Assembly (NCBI GenBank): GCA_951406725.2
Contig: OX597816.1
Location: 124,496,001 to 124,560,000, forward strand
Source of the DNA: Octopus vulgaris
Lineage: Eukaryota
Length of the DNA: 64,000 bases
Reading direction: 5' to 3'
Position numbers and translations under genes: made by a program. The stretch's first letter is position 1. Each line of letters starts with the position of its first letter. This document shows, in pieces, positions 27,978 to 41,718 of the stretch. Below the pieces are notes generated by a model that saw nothing but the letters and a program-made list of their open reading frames with translations, was not told the DNA's origin and made no database searches.

Positions 27978-28720
27978 GTTATACCCATCATCTCACTAGC
28001 CAGTTGTAAACGAGGTTTTCGAATGATATTTAAACATGGCTGAATCCTGATCAGCATGGTTCAGGACTAAAACAACTGACGGATATCATTCCTTCGTTCT
28101 TAGATGAGTAAAGACTATTTACAGCTAATGATTTCCAGTCTTCTGCATTCAACAATTTCACCAGTTCGATAACCAGAATTGCTACATTACCTACCTGATT
28201 AAATAAGATATAACGGAAAGTTCATGGGAGTTTCTGACCTGTTGTTTCGAGACAAATATCGCACGAAGACACTTCTACGAAAATCGTATGCGACTAAATG
28301 TTATCAGTTTCTCGTTGATGATGCCTTTATTTTTACTGACATGGCTGCCATATTTTGTTTATTTTATTCTCACATTTTTACTGCTGTTCCTTTACTTGAC
28401 GCAAGTATTTGTAATATTTCGTTTGTAGCTTCTGTTTTACAAGGAGACAGAAAATATCGAAATGAGTTGTACCACAGCAATTGAAATACCTTTGCTTTCT
28501 GCTTTTTATAAACATTATTCTTTTGAGAATAAACTGCATTTTGTGCAAAAGTTCGAGTGTAAGTGGTAGTTGATTCAAATGTGCTTCACTTTATAAATCA
28601 TGTCTTTAATAGAATTTAGACTAAATGCTTCAATAAAATATGGGTTACTGGGGTAACTTGTTCATGTCTTGGAAGCATTTAGTCTAATTGAACTGATTCA
28701 TTTAATTTTATAATTTAGCT
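27977..28720 (-). pseudogene. Cys-loop receptor extracellular-domain pseudogene
   Basis: MLPRHEQVTPV / AFSLNSIKDMIYK (compare RP..NQ..PV.V...F.L.SI.D.D.K); VRIK*TKYG..V; CDICLET; EDW/EIIS; IRIQPCLNIIRKPRL (pre-M1 RKP). Colinear with frameshifts and stops. Confidence 0.6.
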
Positions 28721-29500
28721 AATGATAAACTTTTCAGACATTTTTCACTTTAGTCAGTAGAATGTTTTACATAGTTTTCGTTTTCTTTATGCATCTTTAG
28801 GCGACAGCAATATTTAGCGAACAATTCTACACCTCCTCAGGATACTTTGCGTAAGGTTGTGCTCACCGTTTTTGTTTACTTTTGAAATGAAGTGTTAATT
28901 CAATCCAAGTACTGATGACTCTGCTAACAGAGGTGCATATCTTGGTTATTATTGTTCACGTCTTTACTAAAATTGTTGTGGATTTATTTTTAATAGTTGT
29001 TTTCTATTTTCTTTTCGTTGTTGGTGATGTTAGTGTTGCGTGTTTAGTTTCATTTTTAGCTGACATTCCCGACCTTTTCGTTTTCTTTCTTCTTGATATT
29101 GATATTTTTATCCTTTCCACTCTCTTATTGTATTACTTTTTCTTTTTGTTGTTACTGTAGCCAATATTGTTGCTGCTCATACTGCTGTTGCGATTGCTGC
29201 TGTTGTTTTTAGTTGTTCAACTTTCAATGTCGCTGTAGTTACACCGATGCCGATTTCACCCGACTGCTTGCTGTACCATAGTGCTATTTGTGTTCTTAGT
29301 GTCAACACCTACACATTATTTATCAAGTTTATTCCCAAAACTTACAAAGAAAGTAATTTGATTTGTCAAGCAAATTCCACGAAGTAAACGACAGCTTTAA
29401 CGCTACCTCTACCCCATTTTAGCACACCCTTCCTCAGATGTCAAAATTGTTGATATTTTTCACAGACATACACTCACATACACATATATATGTGTAAATG

Positions 29501-29591
<91 letters not shown>

Positions 29592-29819
29592 ATGTATGTA
29601 AGTATTACACTGGGCAGATAAATAACTGTATCTTAATTTAGGCGAGATATCAACTTGATTTTCTGGGGAAATATTCTACAGCTCTAACAATTAAAAGATC
29701 TAATTTTCATAGACATATATATACAACGTACAGTCAGAATTTCCGGAGCGTAGGTATTCATGTTATAAAAGCAAGAAGAGCAGAAGAATCCAGTTGAATT
29801 GTATGCGCAGCGAAGGAGC

Positions 29820-31060
29820 TATTACAGACAATATTGTTCTAGACAACGAACATGGTAACTCGAAAATCTTGAGAGTACTAACAAGAGAAGAAATACCTGC
29901 GATAACGCAAGAAGCGTCTGTAAGGCTTTACAATAAGATGAGATTCTAATCTTCTGGTTATTATGCTTGATAAACGACATAAGATGTTTAATATGATACT
30001 AACAGAGATAAGAACAAAACTTTACTGGCTCATTAAAAGAATGAAAGAGTATGTTTATCTCACAAACTAAGAAACTGTAAGATCCAAAATCTACAAACCC
30101 ACAACATAGCTTTCTACAACACATAAAGTCTTATGATGCATAATTATTTTAAGCAATATAACAGTTATTGCATAAGCTTTCGGGGAAAATTTGATTTATA
30201 CCAAGAACGACAAAGTCATACAGCAAATGTTCGTATGAATTTAAGAACTGAAACCGAATCATAGCCTAAGACTAAATAAAGAGAAATATGTATATGAACA
30301 TGACATTTTCATCCATAATTCGTTTGGCGATATTTCCTACACATTGTTGTTGAAAACAGCGTGTATGAGTAGGTTTACACCTTTAATATGAAGATATAAT
30401 AAACACGTCAAGTTTGCGAATATAGTCGTTTAACTGTTTTCAAATTATAATTGAAGAAGAATATTCGAAGAGATCTCCCTTTCTGTTCTTGCTTTCTGCT
30501 TGGCGACAAGATAACAGGACTCAAAGAGGCGGCAAAATTTGTGGTAGTCTACAGGAAGAAAGCTAAAGTTGCCATTCCTGCTGAGCATTTGGGAGCAACA
30601 GCCCGAACGACAATAGTGTGTCGCTTAAAATTCGACAACTAGAATCCGCAACAGATACTGAAGAGGAAAGAACGTTCAAACATATGGGGGGGGGGGGGGG
30701 AATATAGTTCAAGTGACTAAGTCGAAGTAGTTCGGGACCGTGCTAGGTCCTCTTCAAATGTGAAATCCTCCTACTGAAACACTTAATAGTCTAGATAAGT
30801 GACAGAGAACTCACTTTCTACCAAAAATATTTAGGGAGAAAAAACAGTCACATTAAAATATAGAGAATTCCACCTTGGTTTGACATGTAATAGGTTTTGG
30901 CTTGTGTTATCTCGTATGTCAGTGACACCCTCTTCGACATAGAAGTTCGGAGAGGGAGTTTAGGTTGGTATGACAGAGATCCTCCTGTAGATTAAACAGT
31001 ATAATGTGGAAAGGATGTCAGAGCGTATCCATCTAGCCAATGGCACCTGCAACAATACAA
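29820..31060. mobile_element. Highly degraded Penelope-like fragments (RT plus strand about 29820-30660; possible GIY-YIG minus strand about 30800-31060)
   Basis: DSNLLVIMLDK (compare D..I.I..ADKG), KIYKP (compare PKIHKP), TSQNLL on the minus strand. Confidence 0.35.
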
Positions 31061-31083
31061 CCGAAATAGGTCATACAGGGATA

Positions 31084-31177
31084 TCATATTTTTTCGGCTG
31101 ATATATCCTCCAGCCTTCATCAGGTGTCTTGGGGAAATTCCCTAAGGTATTTTTCGATGTTGTTGTTGTTGTTCTTG

Positions 31178-31208
<31 letters not shown>

Positions 31209-31240
31209 TATCATTATTATTATTATTATTATCATTATTA

Positions 31241-31339
<99 letters not shown>

Positions 31340-31667
31340 TAACTACCTGGAAGCGAACTCGGAATTTTGGGATTAGTAGCCCGCTCTCTTAACCAGTGGT
31401 TAAGAGCGTGGGCTACTAACCCTAAGATTGAGAGTTCTATTCCAGGTAGTGACCTGAATAACAGCAACAATAGCAACAACAACAACAATAATAATAATAA
31501 TAACATCGAAAAATACCTTAGGAATGAGAACCAGTTTCGAAATTTTCTAAGACACCTGACGAAGGCTGGAGGGTATCTCAGCCGAAACAATATGAGGACA
31601 AATATCCGTCAAATGTAAGCAATATAAATAATGTACATAATTCCTCATCTCTTAAATATAGAACTGT
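31084..31667. mobile_element. Head-to-head palindromic pair of a tRNA-headed SINE with (AAT)n linker and hammerhead-like tail
   Basis: Symmetry axis at 31396 (CTCTTAACCA-G-TGGTTAAGAG). Each arm has a tRNA-like head, an (AAT/AAC)n tract, then GACAC-CTGA(T/C)GA-A-GGCTG...CAGCC-GAAA. Confidence 0.85.
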
Positions 31668-31869
31668 AGACAGAAATGTATTCAGATCCAACACCTTCAA
31701 TGTGTCAATGAAAATAATAACTGGACTAGGAGACAATACAAAATAATTGTCAATGGTGTGGGATATCTCCGTTCAAGGTTCAGCTACAGGTTCTTAAATG
31801 GATTCCCAGAGGATCAACAATATTTCATGGAGATCGACTCATCCGGTTTCCAAGATCATTAAGTAAATC

Positions 31870-33320
31870 ATTAACTCCTGTCTTTCTCTCTTTTTTCTAT
31901 TTTTACCAACGTGGACCTTCTGAGAGTGAGGCATATAAATGCACACGGGCTGGGGAGAACGTGGAAGAAGGGACGCTTATTCAATAACCCTAGATCGCTA
32001 GGCTTCGATGTTATAGTCACCAATGAAACCAGGATTTCCGACACGCACGCACACACTCTCTAGCATCGATTTCTGGCGATTTTGATATTGTATTCATCTC
32101 TAACTCGATCCAGAATTAGGAAAGAGGTGGTTCTGCTGTTTTGGAATACTCTGGGCCTTGAGATACGGGAATATTTCCGAACCAAAACGGTAAGTTTGTT
32201 ATCCTGGACATGAAAGTAGTGTCTTGAATCCAGTCCCTGTGTATACCCGACTGGGTTGGGCCAGTCGGATTTTTTTCAAACATCCGCAGGTTTTCTTTGA
32301 GATGACTTTAGCAGCAGTAGGTTATTGAAATGCAATATTGGATGCATGTGAACATTGTGTAGAACTAGCTGATGTGAGAGATGTAAAAAGTTTCTTAAAC
32401 CTGCTCAGTTATTTCTAGTGGGCTTACAAACATCGACTAGATTTCCCAAAGAGGGTGTCGCTGACATCCGACATAATGTGGATATAAGTAAAAAATCCCG
32501 AGTCATACAGATAGTATCTAGATAGTTTATTCTGTGGGCTAGCAGACTGGGAAAGCTTAGCTTATTCAGAAGTGAAATTGGTCGGTTACGCTAACTACAA
32601 ATTTGGGATCTGTACGGTCGACTTGGATAGGATGCAGAGAAACTGAACAAATCTTTGCCGGCGCATCAATTTTGCAGAAACCGGATTAATGAACTAGTCA
32701 AGAGAGGGGTTAATCGTCAAAAAATAATGGAGTTCAACATTGAAAAGGCCTATCAGTTTAGAGTCGATAAGTTTTAATAAGAGAATAGTGATAGAGAATT
32801 CTAGATTGAAGGAAGTGCCAGCGAGTAACCTAATGAGGCATTTAGGCAGTGCTGGAAGCAAGATTGGCTCGTGATCGACTCTTCAATGTTATGCACGAAA
32901 GTTGTGCTGTGAGGGCAAGAGCACGTGTTGTAAGACACGAGGGAATGAAAGCTGTCCGATTGATCAAAGCTAGCAGAGGTGTAATTTGGCAAGAAAGCCA
33001 CACTTTGGGCTTTTCGGATCGAGAGAGACTCGTGATGTAAGCAAATGTGTTCATGCCATGGTTAATGGTATACCGACACACGCTGAGAATATAATATCTC
33101 TTGCGTTTCCTTCATGGTACGCATATGCACTCGCCGTTTGCCAGATGCGCTCTTACACAAATTATATCTTTGACAGACTTACATTTCCTGGATCAAGCGT
33201 AAACCAAAGTATGATTCACGGCTCCTACAGAGCTGTCAAGCGCTCACTGTTCACCTCTGCTAGTCGAATAATGTGGTCGGTGCATGATCCATCGTTTCGT
33301 TCTACAGAGGATTAGGGGTG
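31870..33320 (+). mobile_element. Degraded L1/Tx1-like LINE (endonuclease and linker)
   Basis: QSDFFKHPQVF...VGY*NAILD (compare GD.NAILD), YLD, and VRARARVVRHEGMKA (compare .RSR......GEK). Confidence 0.5.
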
Positions 33321-33739
33321 GAGAGGTACGAACGACATTCTCAAGGAAAATTTGAAAGTCGATGAAAATCAACAGGCCTATACTGGAGTCGGTTAGTGTA
33401 ATCGACATATCCCCTCACAGCCAAATTTCAGACCTTTGCAACGATTATTATTATTTATCAGCATGTTATCAAATTTTTAATGTATGTTTCTATTTACTAC
33501 GCCACCAAGTGTTACTCTGTATCCTATGTTCGCTTAAGTGTCTATAGAGTTGTGCTTGAATATTAGACCAGAACTATTGCTTTGTGGATTTGTTTTGTTG
33601 ATTCTGATGTTATTTGAGTGTAACAGCTGCTGTGTAGACTATGTGAAAGGCGAAATGTGTTTGGTAGGGTTTTTGTTTCGTATGTGTTCAGTGATAGGCA
33701 ATATGTTCTTGGATAACGAGGAAAAATACTTTACGGAAT

Positions 33740-34520
33740 TTGAATATACTACTTAAAACACTCATTCAAACAGCTTGTATTTAACAGAAATATAAAGAGT
33801 TTTAAGCAGCAAGGAAACGTCTATAAAATCTCAACTGTAAGACAACCAAGGTCTCTTGTAAATAACAATGAAAAACTAATGGAAATAATTACTGAACCCA
33901 AAGAAAACATGAAAAGTCAGTAAGTACAAGGCCAAGTAATTATGATAGATAATTGTAAGTAAAAGGAACTACAGAAGAAACTTCTAAAAGAAACTAAACT
34001 AAAACTGTCGCTGCAGAATATCATGAATAAGTGAAAAAAAATCCTGTACATGGTTAATATTAGAAAAAAGCTAAGCAGGTTGGAAGTAGACAAAGAAAAA
34101 TCCTAACAATAGCTAATAAGAGCAAGATTTGAAATTGAAACAGAAGGAGTCTTGAGTGCGAAACAGGACCTTAGATATCCTAATAGAAAACACAAAGAAT
34201 ACTTAATGAAAGAGACTATAGAATATGTGGAGACAGGGGAAAAACAATTAAACGCATTGTCTCACGCATAAAATATGGTATATGGCAAAGAGCTGCTAAT
34301 ACTTATTATGGATATGCTACTCCAGATTGAAAACAAAATGAAGTCAGGCTATCTAGATATAAACATCAAGGAAAAGAATGAACATTCTCATACTCTGATA
34401 TGTAACATAATCCATTTCTATTTCAAACATCCCTAAGGAAGGATGCCGACAAGCTGTCGAAATACAAGGATGTTGGAACTGAAGTAGTATAATTCAGTAA
34501 GAGAATGGACTAGCTGCAAG
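33740..34520 (+). mobile_element. Old R4/Dong-like LINE 3' remnant
   Basis: ETEGVLSAKQD, YRICGDRGKTIKRIVS, KLSKYKD. Confidence 0.5.
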
Positions 34521-34855
34521 TAATATATCACAGCACGCACACACGTTCACATGCACGCATGCACGCACGCACACACACACACACACAAACACAAATAACA
34601 TGAGCGTAAAAAAACGTGTACAAAGATCCAAAACTTTATGCATACATTCCAGAAGATAAATCTGCTAGATACAGCTCGCCAAGTGCGGGTAGCTTAGATC
34701 CGATACAATTGCCACCCAAACTTACCACACAACTTGCACAATTCGCTAGAAAATCCTCATCAAATGATATGCAGAAACTAAGAAAATACTTAGTCCACAG
34801 AAACACAATTTAATAAAATAACACATATCCTTGTGGAGTCGATACCTGACACTAT

Positions 34856-35255
34856 TTCTATGCTACCCACAAGGGGCTAAACACAGAGGGGACAAACAAG
34901 GACAGACAAACGGATTAAGTCGATTATACCAACCTCAGTAGGTAACTGGTACTTATTTAATCGACCCCGAAAGGATGAAAGGCAAAGTCGACCTTGGCGG
35001 AATTTGAACTCAGAACGTAGCGGCAGACGAAATACCTATTTCTTTGCTACCCACAAGGGGCTAAACGCAGAGAGGACAAACGGATTAAGTAGATTACATC
35101 AACTCCAGTGGGTAACTGGTACTTAATTTATCGACCCCGCAAGGATGAAAAGCAAAGTCGACCTCGGCGGAATTTGAACTCAGAACGCAGCAGCAGACGA
35201 AATTCCGCGAAGCATTTCGTCCGGCGTGCTAACGTTTCTGCCAGCTCGCCGCCTT
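34856..35255 (-). mobile_element. tRNA-derived SINE family A, two-core form with target-site duplication
   Basis: Head GGCGAGCTGGCAGAA, B box GTTCAAATTCC, core GCCTTTCATCCTTTCGGGGTCGA twice; flanked by CGAT(A/G)CCTGACACTAT at 34840 and 35256. Confidence 0.9.
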
Positions 35256-35939
35256 CGATGCCTGACACTATGACAGATAACAAATCATACAACACCCACT
35301 TTTCGCAATGACCACTCAATATTACATCCTCACACACTTAAAATATACTCTACAAAACAATTATCTGACGTTAAAACACGTAACACCTATCACGCAGCAC
35401 ATACAAATGACAAACCCAACCAAACACAGTTCATGTTTCACATATTCTACACAGCAGGTGTAACACTAAAACAACATCAGAATCAACATAATAAAACAAA
35501 AACTGCTGGTGTAAAATATTCAAACACAACTCTACATACACATAAGACAATGCCAAACGCAGCGTAGCACCTGGTGGTGAAGCAAGTAAAAAAAAAATTA
35601 AAAATTGAAAACACGAATAATAACAATAGCAATAATAATAATAATAATAATACCAATAATAATAATAACAGCAACAACAACAACAACAACAGCAACAACA
35701 ATAATAATACTGCAACAGGAACAATGCTGTCGATGAAGGTGATGATGGAGACGAGGATCATGCTTGAAGAAGGCGTTTCAATAATGATGACGAAGATGTG
35801 GTTTACTCATGTGAATCTTTTCAACTAAATCTCGAGATTTCTTTTTAGATTTTAATTACTTTCCAAGAAACAATTATAAAATCTATGAAAAGAGAAAATA
35901 GTGTACCGTAAACAATGAAGGTAATATCACTGAAACACA

Positions 35940-35990
35940 TACACATACACTCTTACATACCATGTGAACGCACTCTTATATATATATTTG

Positions 35991-36033
<43 letters not shown>

Positions 36034-36220
36034 TATGGATTCTGCTACACACGCTTACGTATATGTTTATTTGTGGTTTTGCAACCACACATAAATATGT
36101 ATTTTCATATATATTTGTATATACATACATACACACACACACACATATATATATATGAATATATATATATATATACATACATATTTATAATACATACATA
36201 TATATATACATATGTATATT

Positions 36221-36271
<51 letters not shown>

Positions 36272-36350
36272 GCACACACACACATATATATATATATATT
36301 CTTATATATAGAGAGAAATATAGATATACATACACACACACACTCATATA
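35940..36350. repeat. (TA)n/(CA)n microsatellite tract, representative of many (for example 4800, 9000, 13730, 29500, 37740, 45400, 58620, 61400)
   Basis: Directly visible. Confidence 0.95.
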
Positions 36351-37747
36351 TTGCTAATAATTTTACGGTCTTTTATCAGGTTTCATTTTTGTTGTTTTCC
36401 CCCCTTGTTATTACCTGAATCTGGCGGTGGGGGTTTAATAGGGAAAAAAAAGAAAAAAAGACCGAACACAGCAACTAAACAACACTAAAAAAAATCAAGA
36501 CAAACTAACGGAACAAAACAAAAGAAAGAACAACATTGAAGAAATAATAGCTGCTTCTGTGGTCAACATTAATTTCCTTGGGCGTAACATCAATAGTCTC
36601 AGATTAGAATGGGCTGAATTCAAAAGAAATAACTTGTATATAAATATTCACCATTATATTGAAGATGAAGACCAAAAGCATAATTTTGTTTGGCTTACGT
36701 TTTTATTTTTAGCACTTTTGTTTAGCCTTTTCGTTCTATAATCATCATAATCTTCATTATGATCAAAGTTTGTTACCACCAGCGTATTTAACCAACGCTA
36801 TGACTACTACTACAACAACTACAACAACTACTACTACTACTACTACTGCTGCTGCTGCTACCATCCCTCTTTTCATTAGCACCGCCCTCGGTATCACCAC
36901 CGTCAACCCCCAGTACTGCCGAGTTATTACGCTAACATCACAATCCTCAATTTTACTTTTATGTTTTCTATTCTTATTCCATCATCGCCATCATTATTCC
37001 CATACAAATTATAATCTCGACACATCACCATCATTATCATCATCATCATCGTTGTCGTCGTTGTCGTCATCATCATCACCATTATCATCGCCATTAGCAC
37101 CACGACGGCCACCACTACCATCGGAAACTCTATTAGTATGGTGATTGGCTTCATTGTTGTTTTTGATATTGATGTTTTAAATTCCTATTTGGCTGCTGTT
37201 TTTTCTTTGCCTCTGTTCTTATCAGTCTACTTATATAGTGAGTTTTTTAATATTATTTTTTTATTTTATTTTATTTTTTGTTGTTTTTTTTATTTCATAA
37301 TTCTTGAAATATATTCTGAGTGATAAATCAATAAAGAAAATATTTACATAGCCATATCAAAGTCATGCAACAAATTTCCTGTGGAGGTAAGAGTAAGAGA
37401 GTATATGAGACAGAGAGAAAGAAAGAGAGTAAGAGATGTAGAGTGAGTGTTTGAGAGAAAGAGAAACAAGTGGATGGGAAAGTTAGGAACAGTTAAAGAT
37501 TATAAAATATGGGAGGCAAAGAAACCAGTAAAATAGGGGTTGCTAATACTTGATTCAAGTTAACCAAGAAACAATTTTAATGAAATACATAATTCCAGGT
37601 CCCTTTTAATATGGTTACGAGTCTTTTTTCATCCTTAATTAAGCAATAGCCGACACAAGATGCTTCAACCATCATTTCTGTGGGCATGGTCATCTAGTGA
37701 TATACTAAGTATACCCAAACAAGCAGACACGCATTTATATATATATG

Positions 37748-37800
<53 letters not shown>

Positions 37801-38931
37801 GGGGAGAGAGAGAAAGAGAGAGAGGCAGATATATATGTAAGTACATATGCATGTGTATATATACAAATGCACACGCACACATATATACATATATGAATAG
37901 AGAGGTAGATCTATTTGTATATGTATGTATGTATGGTATTCATATATATGTATATGTATGCATGTTTGTATATATATATTTATGTATGTTTGTGTGTGTA
38001 TATATATGTATGTATATATGTATATGTATAGGTATATGTATACACATGCATACACTTGTATGGGGTAGAGTCACATGGGAAACGTAGTGAGCAGAAACAT
38101 TTCAATTAGCTAAGATTATCCTCAGGAGATGAATTTTAGAATATCAGTGAAACTCACTTTAAAAAAAACAAAACAAGGGCAATGAAAGAGAAGTGGAGCT
38201 TATTTCGTAGAATCGCTGATCCAACAAGATCGGATAGGGTTCGAACTTGTTGAACTTCTTCAGCAATGCATATTTACTTCAGTATGGTTATATTTAAAAT
38301 TATCAAAGAGATACAGAAAGGGAAAAGAGTGTACATATGCTGTCTTACGGATATCGAAAATAGATAGAGGAAAAATATTTAGGGAAGCTTTTTCTAGAAT
38401 AGAGTGTCACACAAAACGTCGTGCGAGGAAAAGCTGCAAAGGAGAAAGAGGAAGAGAAGGATTGTATATGAGTGAGTGTGTGTGGGAGAGAGAGAGAGAG
38501 TGAAAAAGGGGAGAGGGAGAAGGAGAGTAAACACGAGAATTCATATTTCTTTCACTGCCATTATTATTCGTATTCAAATTATAATCTCGATACTCATTCT
38601 CAGCATCATCATTATCGTCATCGTCGTCACCAGTATCATCATCATCATCATCATCATCATCACCATTACCACTACAACGGCCACTGCTACCGACGGAATC
38701 TCTTTTATTATAATGACTGGCTTCATTACTGTATTTCCTTTTTGATGCATAAGCATTGCATATAAGAATAAGGGCTCCGCCAGTCAATGAGCAACTTGCT
38801 ATCATGTATCTGCACATGTCTACGCAGGCCTGTAGTTGCTCATGCTCAAAAACATTTCTTACCTTTATTCTTCACGACACTAATGTTATGCAATGACAGG
38901 TCATCACCAGGATCGATATAGCTAGGTGCCA

Positions 38932-39158
38932 ATAAGGTGGCGAGCTGGCAGAAACGTTAGCAAGCCGGGCGAAACGTGTAGCCGTATTTCGTCTGCCGTT
39001 ACGTTCTGAGTTCAAATTCCGCCGACGTCGACTTTGCCTTTCGGGGTCGATAAATTAAGTACCAGTTATGCACTGGGGTCGATGTAATCGACTTAATCCT
39101 TTTGTATGTCCTTGTTTGTCCTCTCTGCGTGTAGCCCCTTGTGGTTAGTAAAGAAATA
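38932..39158 (+). mobile_element. SINE family A monomer with 17-bp target-site duplication
   Basis: GATATAGCTAGGTGCCA at 38915-38931 and 39159-39175. Confidence 0.92.
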
Positions 39159-39419
39159 GATATAGCTAGGTGCCAGTGTCACCACACAGGTTGCAGTCAG
39201 AATGCAAAGGTCGAAATAAAAACCAATGGGCATTTAATGATACTACCAACCCACTGCTTTGGTGCAGTATTATTTTTATCAGTCCGAATATAACAGAAGT
39301 TAAAGTTAATCTCACCGGCATTCGAACTTCAAGCGATTACGATTATCGCAATGTATTGTGTATACATGAAAAAGAAACAAAAAATAAATAAAAATGAAAT
39401 AAAATAATATTTTTGCTCA

Positions 39420-40050
39420 CAGAAGTCAGTTGAGTAATAATAAATTCACAAAGCATTAACATTCTTCCACTCCCAACGCGTGAAATAAAAATGTTTTGTC
39501 CATGATATATTTTCCTACTTCATCAACATGGGCTTCACGTATTACATCGATATTTCATCAGCACCTAAACTGCTCAGAAATAGCCGCCTCCTCAAAAGTT
39601 TCACAGAAGAAAATATCACCCCTTTGGTATTTACGATGCAACAATGCGATTGTTGATAATATTATCATGGTAGGTTAACGCTGTCCAAGGCTAAAGGATA
39701 TTTGCTTGCATGCAGTGCCGGCAGCAAGTGGTGACGAAAACGCCTTCGTTGTTTAAAACTGACGGCCAGCATTAATCAAGGATGGCCAGGAGTTAAACAA
39801 AATTATTTATTATTTCAAGACGGTCATTAACACCAAAAACTGAGAATGAGTTATATTCTAACTTTTGACATTTTAAATATATAAACCTTGCTATTGCTAT
39901 AGTATTACAACAAAATATAAAAACAAAAACAAAGAGAAACAAAAAACACAAACAAAACGTAAAAAGAACATTTTTGACAGGAATTAAATCATTCATATCT
40001 ATATTTTTACCGGTTGAAAAGTCATACAATTCACATCAGACAGTATTTTT
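39420..40050 (-). pseudogene. Possible Cys-loop receptor extracellular-domain remnant
   Basis: ELYDF...LIPVKN; VLNNEGV; GTAC/SKYPL; *(W)NIDV in the expected order. Confidence 0.35.
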
Positions 40051-40074
40051 CTTATTCGTTTAATTGTTTAAATC

Positions 40075-40850
40075 ATTTTGACAGCGGCCATGCTGGAGCA
40101 CTACCTTAAAGGGTTTCAGACGAAGAAATCGAGCCCAAGACTTACTCTTTGTAAACCTGGTACTTATTCTATCGGTGTCTTACCGAACTGCTAAGCTACG
40201 AGGACATAAACACACCAGCATTGCTTATCAAGCAATGGTGGGGGAACAAAAGCAAACACACACACAGAATATATATATTGAAATTCCACGGGCGTCTTTC
40301 AGTTTCCATCTACTTAATCGGCTTAATAAGCGCAGGAGTGGCCATGTGGTAAGTAGCTTGTTTATCAACCACATGGTTCCGGGTTCAGTCCCAATGCGTG
40401 GTACCTTGGGCAAGTGTCTTCTACTATAGCCTCGGCCGACCAAAGCCTTGTGAGTGGATTTGGTAGACGGAAACTGAAAGAAGCCCGTCGTATATATGTA
40501 TATATATGTATATATGTGTGTGCGTGTATGTTTGTGTTTGTCCCCCTAGCATTGCTTGACAACCGATGCTAGTGTGTTTATGTCCCCGTCACTTAGCGGT
40601 TCGGCAAAAAGAGACCGATAGAATAAGTACTGGGCTTACAAAGAATAAGTCCCGGGGTCGAGTGGCTCGATTAAAGGCGGTGCTCCAGCATGGCCGCAGT
40701 CAAATGACTGAAACAAGTAAAAGAGTTAAGAGTAAGAGTAATCTACTCACAAGGCTTTGGTCGGCCTGAAGCTGTAGTAGAAGATACTTGCATAAGATGC
40801 CATGTGGTTGAGAAGCAAACGTCTTACCACACAGCCACACCTGCGCCTAT
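40075..40850. mobile_element. SINE family C: plus-strand copy (about 40327-40740) nested in a minus-strand copy of the same family
   Basis: tRNA-like head GCAGGAGTGGCCATGTGG...GGGTTCAGTCCC; the host copy is split into about 40075-40312 and 40741-40850. Confidence 0.8.
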
Positions 40851-40920
40851 TCTTACCACACAGCCACACCTGCACCTATTCTTACCACACAGCAATACCT
40901 GCACCTATTCTTACCACACA
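40822..40920. repeat. 29-bp minisatellite (about 3.4 copies) derived from a SINE 5' end
   Basis: TCTTACCACACAGCCACACCTGC(G/A)CCTAT repeats. Confidence 0.85.
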
Positions 40921-40934
40921 ACAACCCCTTTAAA

Positions 40935-41718
40935 TAATGATTTCAAATTTTGGCACAAGGCCAGCAATTTCAGGAGAGGGGCTGAGTTGATTACATCGAT
41001 GCGAAAACTCAACCGGAATTTATTTTATCGACCCTGAAAGGACGAAAGGTGAAGTCGATCTTGGAGGAATATGAACTCAGAACGTGGAGACAGACGAAAT
41101 GTTGCTAAGCATTTTGCCCGGTGTGCTACCGATTATCTGCTCGCCGCCTTGACATAATCTTAAATAATTATTTCAAATTTTTCTCACAAGGGTAGCTTGG
41201 GGGAAGTGGGGACGAGTCGATTACATCGATTCCTAAAGGATGAAAGGCAAAGTCGACTTCGGCGGAATTTGAACTCAGAACGTAGCCACGAGCGAAATAC
41301 CTATTTCTTTACTACCCACAAGGGGCTAGACACAGAGAGGACAAACAAGGACAGACAAACGCATTAAGTCGATTACCTCGACCCCAATGCATAACTGGTA
41401 CTTATTTAATCGACCCCGAAAGGATGAAAGGCAGAGTCGACCTCTGCAAAATTTGAACTCAGAACATAACGGCAGACGAAATACCTACTTCTTTACCACC
41501 AACAAGGGGCTAAACACAGAGAGGAGAAACAAGGACAGACAAACGAATTAAATCGTTTATATCGACACCATTGCGTAACTGGTACTTATTTAATCGTCCC
41601 CGAAAGGATGAAAGGCAAAGTCGACCTCGGTGGAATTTGAACTCAGAACGTAACGGCAAACGAAATACGGCTACGCATTTCGCCCGGCCTGCTAACGTTC
41701 CTGCCAGCTCGCCGCCTT
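40935..41718 (-). mobile_element. SINE family A cluster: monomer (40935-41150) and three-core form (41165-41718)
   Basis: Core AAAGGATGAAAGGCAAAGTCGAC repeated about every 185 bp. Confidence 0.88.

Noticed and set aside
36560-38400. Possible TM segments continuing the 39.4-kb receptor remnant
   Set aside because: Hydrophobic runs in T-rich DNA without diagnostic motifs; indistinguishable from background by eye.
40822-41718. Regularly spaced repeats resembling a CRISPR array
   Set aside because: The intervening sequences are also repeated (minisatellite and SINE concatemer); eukaryotic context with no cas genes.
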